Notes under the pieces: model-generated
Told to the model about the DNA's origin: nothing
The model's database searches: none
The model's input: the letters and a program-made list of their open reading frames with translations, nothing else
Program-made: the position numbers and the translations under genes
NCBI GenBank assembly: GCA_020184695.1
Contig: JAANOX010000270.1
Coordinates: 1 to 64,000 of the forward strand
Source: Histomonas meleagridis 2922-C6/04-290x
Lineage: Eukaryota; Protista; Parabasalia
DNA: 64,000 nucleotides
Direction of reading: 5' to 3'
Shown here: positions 35,196-45,373 of the stretch, one piece after another
How positions within the stretch are numbered: the first letter of the stretch is position 1
How the letters are laid out: every line of letters starts with the position of its first letter

Positions 35196-36938
35196 ATGAA
35201 TTGCAGCAATAATATTCTTAAAAATCTACCAAAGATATTTAATGCATTAATTACTTCTATATATTCAAATACAACTTTGTTCGTATTTATATTTTTTGTT
35301 TTTACTTTCTTTTTCAAAATTTATTTTAATCAGAAGAACATTCATCAAAAAAACGAAGTTATTCTGATTTTATTGATTATATTTTTTGTTAATACAAAGC
35401 AATTATTTAATGAAACAACTAAAACACTCACAATATCTGATTCCAATGATTTTTCAAATGATTATATGAATGTTACTGAGCACGTTATAATTAATAATGT
35501 TGGCGAGCTTGAAAGTGATGCATTCAGAGAATGGCCTTTATTAACAACAGTAATAATTGGAGAAACAGTTGGAAATATAAATAGTGGAGCATTTGCATCA
35601 TGTAAACAATTAGAATATGTCCAATTTCCAGATAAATTAATGGGTGGAATTGGAGGTGGTGCATTTGCAGAATGTATTTCATTAAATAATATTACAATTC
35701 GTTGTAATAACATTGGTGATAATGCATTTTATAAATGTACAGGACTTGAAACGATAACATTATATGAAGGCGTACGAAATATTGGCTCAGATGCATTCAG
35801 AGGGTGTATAAACCTTGTGAATATTTATATACCAAGTTCAGTTACTTCAATTGGGAATCCATTTTTAGAATGTACGAAACTTCAATTTATTAATGTTTCA
35901 GAAGAAAATATTGGATATTCGAATTATGAAAATGATAGTGTTTTATATAATAAAGAAATTACACAAATTATTAGTTATCCTAATATGAAAAGTAAAACAT
36001 TTACAATTCCTAAATCAGTCATTTCTATTATGAATTATGCTTTTGCAAGTTGTAATAATTTAGAAAGAATTTTTATTTGTGAAAATGTTCAATATATTAA
36101 TTCATGTGCATTTGTTAATTGTACATCACTTCAATGTATTTATTTTAATGGAGAAATATCACCAGAAATACAAAATGATGCATTTGTTAATATAAATGCG
36201 ACATTAGTTATGACAATAGAAACATATCAAAATGAAACATTTGGAAATATGGAAATTACTAAGGGAACAACACTTGACGAATGTCTCCCCCCTACACGCA
36301 CATTCACTAATTCAGATACTTATCCTAACCTAAATACATTTACAAATAGTAATACATTTATCAAATCAAATACATTTACGAAATCAAAAAATAATTTTGA
36401 TTCAAATACTTATGTTAATACATTTTCGCTGAATTTTACTTTCGTTAACACTTATACTTTAACTTATTCTTTATCGTTTATAAAAACTTTATCAATTTAT
36501 TATTATACGAACTTAAAATCTTATTCAGTTACTTTCATTGAATCCGAAACTAAATATATTTATAGCGATTTTATATATTATAATTATACAATTATATATT
36601 ATCCAGAATATTTTACTTATTATTCGAATTTCTTTTATATTTCTTATATCGAAGATGTAATAATAAACACTAATGATAATAATACATTAATTATCATTAT
36701 AATTGTTGTTGTAATTGTAATAATTATTGTATTTATAATGATAATAATAATTTTTATGATTAAACATCAAAATAAGAAGCGGAAAAAAAATGAAGAAGAA
36801 ATGAATATTTCAGATGAAAATAGTAATAAAATTAATGAAATAGATAATACATTTTCAGTTGGGATCGATAATTCAAATATTGAAGAAGATCCATTTGCAG
36901 ACGATTTCAAAGAAGAAAAATTTATCAGTCAGATATAA
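35196..36938 (+). CDS. BspA-like LRR_5 membrane protein with SNTFT stalk, Tyr/Thr-rich juxtamembrane domain and acidic DPF tail
   Basis: TpLRR repeats, TM helix LIIIIIVVVIVIIIVFIMIIIIF, and tail EEDPFADDFKEEKFISQI. The true start is uncertain. Confidence 0.88.
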   Translation: MNCSNNILKNLPKIFNALITSIYSNTTLFVFIFFVFTFFFKIYFNQKNIHQKNEVILILLIIFFVNTKQLFNETTKTLTISDSNDFSNDYMNVTEHVIINNVGELESDAFREWPLLTTVIIGETVGNINSGAFASCKQLEYVQFPDKLMGGIGGGAFAECISLNNITIRCNNIGDNAFYKCTGLETITLYEGVRNIGSDAFRGCINLVNIYIPSSVTSIGNPFLECTKLQFINVSEENIGYSNYENDSVLYNKEITQIISYPNMKSKTFTIPKSVISIMNYAFASCNNLERIFICENVQYINSCAFVNCTSLQCIYFNGEISPEIQNDAFVNINATLVMTIETYQNETFGNMEITKGTTLDECLPPTRTFTNSDTYPNLNTFTNSNTFIKSNTFTKSKNNFDSNTYVNTFSLNFTFVNTYTLTYSLSFIKTLSIYYYTNLKSYSVTFIESETKYIYSDFIYYNYTIIYYPEYFTYYSNFFYISYIEDVIINTNDNNTLIIIIIVVVIVIIIVFIMIIIIFMIKHQNKKRKKNEEEMNISDENSNKINEIDNTFSVGIDNSNIEEDPFADDFKEEKFISQI

Positions 36939-37096
36939 ATAAACATATTTTAAGAACAAAATATTATAATTTGTTTATTAATTTAATAAATACAGACATT
37001 TTTGTTATTTAGCAAATTTTATGTTTCTTCTATTATATGATTATTATAGTAAATCTAATTTATCCAAATCATAAACACTAAAAGTATATGATAAAT

Positions 37097-37601
37097 TATA
37101 GGGGGTGGAAAAAGTGCGTTCGTCAGCCTTTTTTTCAATGAATAAAAAAGTAAAAGAATATTTGTAAATTTATTATGCTATGTATTCACCTTGAGTTTCA
37201 ATTGTAATCAAAAGTCTGTTCATCCATTCATTATATACGGCTCTGCAGGTGTCTTTAGAAATACTATACGGTAATGCCTCAACCTTTTGAAAAAGTTGAT
37301 CTTCATCTTCAAACTCCTCACCTTCGAGCATTTTTTTTAAATATCCGAACAGAAAAAAGTCAGATGGTGCAAGATCTGGCGAAAACGGTTGCGGAAGTCT
37401 TTTAATGCCCAATTCATTCAATTTTTCATTAACCGAATGAGGTCGGGCGTTATCCATATGCAAAAAATACCCCTCAGTTGAAATTCTTTTTGCCGAATCT
37501 CCAAGTACAACTTCAGAACAAAAGTTTCGATTAAATTTTTGACCGATTGGAAGCATTGTTATTGATTTGATACCAGTTATAGACCATATAACGAATATCA
37601 T
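37097..37601 (-). mobile_element. 5'-truncated mariner (DD34D) element
   Basis: FLHMDNARPH...PFSPDLAPSDFFLFGYLKKML. A mariner-like end TATAGGGGGTGGAAAAAGT lies at about 37097-37115; no partner TIR was found. Confidence 0.85.
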
Positions 37602-38307
37602 TACTTTTTTAAAGGCAATAGTTGTCCCTAAATTTTAAATTCATATTCTAAATATATATAATAAGAGGGAATTTTTTTTAATAAACATATCAATAATATT
37701 TTTCGGAAATTTAAGAGAAAATTCACAACTGACACAATTATAATTGAAACTCATAATGCTTCAAATGACATCTCATTCATTAATGAATTATTTGGAATAC
37801 AAACATCTTTTTGAAATTGAAATTATCCATATTTAACAATTAAATCATAATCAAAGTGTTTGAAAATCATTAATTATAAGATATTTTATTAAATGCAAAT
37901 TTTAATGAAGATATAATAATTTTTTTTAGAATGGACTCCCCAATTAACCACATCTAAACCAGTATATACGAGTATTGTTAAAGAAATGTTTAAAATATTT
38001 TTATTTTCTGTATAATTTTGTAATTCTTTTTTGTAAGTATCGCTCACTCGTATGGGAACGAATCTTGATGGATTTGTAACCGAAAATCGATTCAAAAAGT
38101 CATTTTTCCTTCTTTGTCCAGAGCCTCCAATAATGAATAAATTGTTTCAAGAATTATCCGGTTTATAAAACAAATAAATTATAAAAAATTGCAAAGACAG
38201 ATTTTGGAATTTTGGCTTTCGTCTATAGATATTGAAAATCTGGTATAACTTAAAAACAGAATGAAAACTAAGAACCATTTATATAAATTAATATTGACCA
38301 TTATTAG

Positions 38308-38310
<3 letters not shown>

Positions 38311-38342
<32 letters not shown>
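38311..38342. repeat. (TA)16 microsatellite
   Basis: Read directly from the sequence. Confidence 0.95.
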
Positions 38343-38345
<3 letters not shown>

Positions 38346-38920
38346 AATTTGAACTTCTGTTTTTAATTCTAAAGCCCAAAATTTTTTTTTGAGATTTTAA
38401 AGATTGCTCATAAAAAATATTAGATAACGAAATTTAGTCACAATGATTTTATTGAATAGAATGTGTATATTTATTAATTTATATTTCTTTAAATTTAGTT
38501 CAGTGTAAAATGAAAAAAATTGATTTTCTGATTTGGACCGACCGTTTATTTTGCTGACAGCTTCTTTTCAGATCTATGGAACAAAAACGGGGCGGTTGTT
38601 TGGATAAATACTGCATTCAAAATTCAATGAGTTGTTAATTGTGTTGATGCGAACTTTTTGAGAGTTTTTCCTTGACAAGCAAAATCACTTTCTTTCGGTC
38701 ATTTTTTTTCTGTGTTTCAACAATATAAACGAGGTAATTTTCTGACACTTTTTAATAAAAACATTACGTTTCAGCTTTGTAAACAGCTTCCGATTGCAGA
38801 AACAATATAACATGTATCAACGAAAGTTATACGAATGAATTGACGGAAAGGCGGCGCGGTTGAATTTCTCTGTATCGTTTTTGACTGATTTATTAGCAAG
38901 TTTCCCAAGTTTCCTCGCAG

Positions 38921-40714
38921 ATGTGTTCTCTCTTCTTGGTTTTACCCATGTATTTCTTTTGCTTATTACAAATCTCTCCAAAAAATTCAGGTTCAAAGAT
39001 TTTCAGTGATCAATTATCTATTTCTCAAACTCTCAAACACTCCCCTTACCTTACTTTAGAATCCAAAGGGTTTAAATATTTAACACACTCAGCCTATAAC
39101 AAAGAGAGTGTATCCATTAAAGTCACAAATTATATTATGCAAACAGCGAATGAATCATATACATTTAATTACATCACAGAAAAATATCAGCATCATTCCC
39201 ATTTATTAAAGCTACCTATATCATATGTTAAACATTATTTCAAATTCTTTTCTTTGGTACTTAATCATTTTTCATTAAAAGCTCATTTACTAGTTTCAAT
39301 GAATAATGGCTTCATGAAGAAAATGTTCAAATTCAATGAAACTGCTCAAGTTCTAATGTATAACTTTTTTATTTTGGGACTTTTTTTATTTTATGAAATC
39401 AAATTTTTAATTTATAAAATGAAAACAAATGGAAAGAAAAAACAGAAAAATGTTTTTATTTTTGTTATATTTTTCACAAATTCTTATGAAATATTTCATA
39501 AAGATAATTCAACACTTTCAATCACAAATTCAAATGATTTTATTGATATTGATCAGTATCAAAATAACACAAAATTTATAACTATCAGTGAAAATATTTA
39601 TGAAATTCCAGGTGGTTCATTTTCAGGATGGCATTCAGTTGTTTCAGTTAATTTTGGTAATTCAGTATCAAGTATTGGAGGTTCAGTGTTTTCGTCATGT
39701 TCTAAATTAGAAACGATTATTTTTGGAGAAAATGTTACAGAAATTGGCGAATCAGCATTTTCATTGTGTTCATCAATCAAAAACATTACAATTCCAAATT
39801 CAGTTACAACAATTGGCGAATCAGCATTTTCATTATGTTCTAATTTAATCATATTAATCCTTGGATATGGAATAAGAGAAATTGGAGGTTCAGCATTTGG
39901 GGATTGTAATAAACTTCGATGTATATATTATTATGGAGACAAAGAACCAGACATTGGTTTAAGTGCATTTTTTAATGTATCAACAAGTGTTATCACATAT
40001 TCAGCATATGTCGAGGATCAATTTGGACAATTAGATGTTGTTAGCGAATCCACAGAAGGAATATGCGAACCACTTCCAACACATTCATTTAGTCAATCGA
40101 ATATATTTTCTAATTCGAATACATATGCACAGTCAGATTCAAGATCATCCCCAGAATTATATTCATTTAGTCAATCGAATACATTTTCTAATTCGAATAC
40201 ATTTACAGCATCACTTCAAAGTGATATTTCATTATCATTTTCATATACATTAACAATTACATTATCAATTACACATTCATTAACTATTTATGAAACACAA
40301 ACGAAAACATTTTCATTATATATAAATCATTCGACATTTTCATATATTGAAACAGAATTTATTTATTACAGTTATACGATTGTTATTTATTCGACTTATT
40401 ATAATTATTATTCCAATTTCTTTACAATGTTTTATTCAAATGATAATAATGATAATCAAAATAACGACAATAAAACAACAATTATTATCATTTCAGTTTG
40501 TGTAATTGTTATAGTAATAGTTATTATCATATTATTAATTATATTTTTGAAACATATTCGAAATAAAAAAGAAGAAATTTATGAAAATGATAAATCAGAA
40601 CAAAATGAAAACGAAACGACAAATACATTTACTACTGGAATAAGTAACATAAATATTGCAGAAGATCCATTTGCTGAAGATTTTCAAGAAGAAAAATTTA
40701 TTGAACAAATTTAA
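38921..40714 (+). CDS. BspA-like LRR_5 membrane protein, paralogue of 35196; probable start at or near ATG 39419
   Basis: TpLRR (IPNSVTTIGESAFSLCSNL), SNTF stalk, TM helix, tail AEDPFAEDFQEEKFIEQI. The first 166 codons look like fortuitously open upstream sequence. Confidence 0.88.
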   Translation: MCSLFLVLPMYFFCLLQISPKNSGSKIFSDQLSISQTLKHSPYLTLESKGFKYLTHSAYNKESVSIKVTNYIMQTANESYTFNYITEKYQHHSHLLKLPISYVKHYFKFFSLVLNHFSLKAHLLVSMNNGFMKKMFKFNETAQVLMYNFFILGLFLFYEIKFLIYKMKTNGKKKQKNVFIFVIFFTNSYEIFHKDNSTLSITNSNDFIDIDQYQNNTKFITISENIYEIPGGSFSGWHSVVSVNFGNSVSSIGGSVFSSCSKLETIIFGENVTEIGESAFSLCSSIKNITIPNSVTTIGESAFSLCSNLIILILGYGIREIGGSAFGDCNKLRCIYYYGDKEPDIGLSAFFNVSTSVITYSAYVEDQFGQLDVVSESTEGICEPLPTHSFSQSNIFSNSNTYAQSDSRSSPELYSFSQSNTFSNSNTFTASLQSDISLSFSYTLTITLSITHSLTIYETQTKTFSLYINHSTFSYIETEFIYYSYTIVIYSTYYNYYSNFFTMFYSNDNNDNQNNDNKTTIIIISVCVIVIVIVIIILLIIFLKHIRNKKEEIYENDKSEQNENETTNTFTTGISNINIAEDPFAEDFQEEKFIEQI

Positions 40715-42577
40715 AATAATTATCAATAAAAATACAATTTTTATGCATATTTGATATTTTGTAATAACACTTTTAAATAGGTTTTTTTACTCAGCGGCCT
40801 AAGAAGACCGCCTCGGATAATAAACGGTCGTTTCAAAAAATTAAAATTCATTTATCTTTTTTGTTTCAGAAATTATTTAAATTTTAGTTAATATTTTAAA
40901 TTTACCTATATGATAATAGTAATATATTTTAATGGTATGGAATAATTTTCAAGAAATCATTATGAATATCACATATTTGAGAACCAATTTCACATACAAA
41001 AAATTAAATTTAAAACAAATTTTTAAATTCACACTCGCTTAAAATCATCAAAGAATAAAATAATTTATGATCAAGAGGAATCTATGAGCTGTTTTTGAAA
41101 TATGGAATCATTGTGATTACTTTTGATATAAGCAAAATTTCAAGAATCTGTCTTGATAAAATCTTTAAAATTAGATAAATTTAGTGTACAAGTATATAAT
41201 TTTAAAAAATATATCATATTCACTTCATGAATTAATTTCCAAAATTTGAGAGCTTCCATCTGCAATTGAATAGTTTACTCGGTGTCAGATAGATAAAAAA
41301 TTGAGAACTTATGTCACTTTTGATTCAATTTATATCAAAAATTTGTGGGGAATAGGTCCACCCTTTTGAGGGTATAAAATAAAAATATCTTATCCTATAA
41401 TTATTTAATACTGTCTCTTCTTATGAGAAAAAAGTTTGTCTATATATGAAATAAATATATTTTTACTATGGTAATCTAATTTTGTATTTTTCATTAAAAA
41501 AATAATTTTTAACGTTTTCACGAGAACGTTTATACTGATATCACCACATAAAAAAAATAAAAATAATTCTTTATAAATTTAATATAAATGAATTTAATTT
41601 CCATGTACTAAAATAATAATCATATGTGCTTATTTGTTTTTAATATCCAATGTTTTTCATAAATTTTTGTAAATTTGTTGGTGCAATTATGTCTGCTTTA
41701 AAGATGTAGCATATCTTGAAGATATATTCCTTCCGACTTTACTGGACAATCTCATTTGTGATGCTTGCATCCGCCTCGAATAATAAACGGTCAAAAATTG
41801 AACCTTTATCATATAGTTGAAATGCAAAATTTAATGCAAATTTAAAAGTAACAGGAACGGAACAAAATTCGTCTTTGTTCCCTTTGAATATTCAAATCGT
41901 TGAGTTGGAGTCAAAGAAAATTCATTAAAATCAATTATGTGTATTTGCATTTCCAAAATTGGTTTTCTTACAAATTTATACACTTTTTTAGAAATTTAAT
42001 AGTTTATTATATCGTTCAATTCAAAAAAAAAAAAAAAAAAACATATTACACTAAAAATATTCCTGCGAAAAATTAATTTTATCTTAACATTTTTATTTAA
42101 AAAAAGATTAACTTTATGCATTCTATATGATATTATATTAAGGACTAAATCTATAAGAAAAGGCTCAATAAACCAATAGAACTTTTTCATTGCTTCATGA
42201 AATGAAAATGCTTTCCATGCGTTCTATGCATTTATAAAATAGAATTTAAATATTTTCACTTTCAACATATTTAATAAAAACTCCACATAGTTGTGGTGCT
42301 TTTCAAGGAAAGATTATAGTATATAACTAAGTAAAAACCAATTTATTCTCTAATTTTGATTTTAATATAGATAATTGATAAAAAATAGTTACATTGCATA
42401 TGAATATGATGTCATCAATAATTGATTAAACATTTTGAAATATAATTTTATAAAGAATGAAGAATTAAAATATGTAGTGACACGCACAAAAAGAAAATAT
42501 CTTGTTTGTCTTCAAAACAAATTGATTCAATTATTTTGTGCTATAACATAAACTGGAGGTGTATCATGTAATATATT

Positions 42578-43560
42578 TCATAAATCGCATAAAGGAATAT
42601 ATTTAGAATTATAATCGTCACCACTCCTAAAATGTATAACACAATCATGAAAAACATATTGGAATAAAGGCACACGTATGCTTTCATTAGTCATAACTTG
42701 TGTTTGTGCTACACCTAAATATTCCACTGCATTTGTACCAAATTCCATAAAAGTAATCACAATAAGGAATTGCTAGATCTCTACCATCTTTACTTAAAAC
42801 AACAAGTTTTCCATGTTCATTTTCATGGAAATATTGTAAAAGATTAAAACGATTTTGTATTGATTCTTTTCTTGTTTGTAGATGATAACATTCAAATAAT
42901 ACTGTACATGTTGCACCATCAATAAATTTAATTTTGCAACTTCTAAATCATAATCTTCTGTAGCATACTTAAGTATTCGTTTATCACAAGTAGCATAAGT
43001 ATCAATTTTTTGTCCGGGATTTGTTAAATTATTAACAGAACCAATTAATATTAATTGATTTGTTGAATTCACAACAATATCATCAGGATATGCAAAAGGC
43101 CAATTAGCATTCCAAGCCATCCATTTTTTTCATGATATTCTGGATTACCTGTGATTTGATAAGAATCATATTCAGATGTTAATAAGCTTGTCTTATTATA
43201 AACATAATCAAGATTTAATCTTATCGAACCAAAATCCATAATATGATCAAATCCTAAACCGATAATTAATAGTTCTCGACAAATAAAATCAAATTCTTTA
43301 ATTTGTCATTCGGTATATAACTTTTAAATTTCCAAAAGGATTTTTCAGAATTCATTTTTCATTCGTATTTATAAGAAATATTTTTCTGAGATAAAAAATA
43401 AAATATCTTCTCTTTGTACTTCAAAATAGTTTCTTTGGATAAACGTGATAACAAACAAATTAATGATGGACCAAAATCAAATTCATTAATCTTTTCTGCA
43501 AATATTGGTATAAATTTATCTACATATTTCAATACATTTAAAGTAAATTTTGAAATTCTT
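42578..43560 (-). pseudogene. Decayed gene of unknown family
   Basis: Several consecutive protein-like reading frames on the minus strand (42578, 42794 and upstream), broken by stops and frameshifts. Confidence 0.4.
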
Positions 43561-44114
43561 GATAAGCTGCAGTACGATTCTTATCCCAAGAATCATGAAA
43601 TCGAATATTTATGTTTGGATTATTTTATACTTTCTCTGTATATGGTACACCTATACCTTTTTCTTGTGTAGTCTTTCAATAGCGCTATGCCATTGTTACA
43701 TGATTACCTTTTAAGAAAAACATCATTAAATTTCGTGCATGAATTTTCATGCCCTTTCGCATGCCTGAACATCGAATAGAAATATGACCAGCGTCATCAT
43801 TTGATAAAAACACATGACTAATTCAATCGAATTGAAAACATGATCAGATCAGATAATAAAAAATAAATTTTATTTTTCATCTCAATAAATTAATAATTTT
43901 ATTTCAGCATTTTTGTTGAGTTGTAAAAGAATGTATTATGATATTTTCTTATAATTTTCAATGCATATCTGGTCGGATTCAGAAAAAGATTTAAACGGTC
44001 ATTCACAAACGATAATTATTTTGTATACAAAACGATCAAAATTTACTCAAAACATTAGTATAACTTCATTAATTAATTTGCTTCAAGGCAACCAAAAAAC
44101 TCCAAAAAATTTAC

Positions 44115-45373
44115 ATGGAATTTAGCGAAACTCAAAAAAGTAATATATCAAATCAAATAAAAGATTGTATCTCAAAGATAATTACTCTCAAAGGCATTGT
44201 TTTCAATCTAAAATTTGAAAACATTGAGGAATCAGCACATTTAATATATGAATTATATGACAAAAATCATCCATATACAGTTTTTTTGATAACATGTCGA
44301 TTAGTGTATTCATCTTTTGTTTCCCAAATGAAAGATTTTAATATTTATTTTAATTTTTTAAGATTCTTGGAGAAAATATATGAGGAAATATGTAATTATA
44401 AAATGATGGATATTTTTCAAGATATCTTTTTCTCTAACTTCTCAAGAATCATATTACCTTTTAGAAAAATGTTTGATCAAGGAATGATTGATGAAACAGA
44501 ATAAAAAAGTTGTTTATATTTCGCACAACATATGAAAAAAAATGAAATCAACTCATTAACTATTGATTGGAACAATAAAGATGATATTAAATCTAATCAG
44601 TTTAATGAATCTTTTCTAAAAAATTATGAAGAACTTTCAAAAAACATTTGGACACTTCATAAGCAATTAATCAAAGAAGGAGTTAATCCGAATGAAATTG
44701 CGAAAATAATTCGAAATGATGAAATAGAAAAACTTCAAGAAATATCATCACAAAATGATTTTAATTATAATCAAACAATTGAACCATCACTTTATGAAAG
44801 ATGTTCATTTATTAATCAAAAAAATGTTACATTACTTGATTATGCAGCATTTTTTGGATCAGTTAAATGTTTTAAATATTTACTTATGAATGACGCAAAA
44901 GTAAATAACACAGGTAAATATGCGATTGCTAGTGGAAATATAGAAATCATTCATTTATGTGAACAACATCATTCATCATTTTATGATTCATATGAAGCAG
45001 CTATTGAATTTCATCGATATGATATCTTTAAATATCTTTACGAAAAATAAAATTGTTAAAACTATGCATTTTAAATTTTTTATATAAAAAATGTATTGTA
45101 AATAATTCATATGAAATTTTTTCATATTTGCTTGATAAAGAAGGATTGAAATTAGAAGCTTTCATATATGAATTGTCATCAACTGGGAATTTATATCTAA
45201 TAAAATGTTTTTTTGAAGAATATCAATTACCAAATGATATATTTGTTTCTTGTGCAAGCTCAGGAAATATTGAACTTGTTAAATATTTTCTTCTTAGAAA
45301 AATTGATGTTAATGTAAGTAATGTCTCTTTGAAAAATTGGGAAATTGTTTATATTTCATTATGTTTCATATGA
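44115..45373 (+). CDS. DUF3447/ankyrin protein N-terminal part, locus E, with an in-frame TAA at 44502 and homopolymer frameshifts near 45045-45080
   Basis: Three ORFs (44115, 44532, 45053) are collinear with loci A and C. Confidence 0.75.

Noticed and set aside
35282-35400. Possible GT...GTTAATACAAAG intron at the 5' end of the 35196 BspA gene
   Set aside because: The branch motif deviates from ACTAAC, the paralogue at 39419 has no equivalent AG, and the frame is open without splicing.
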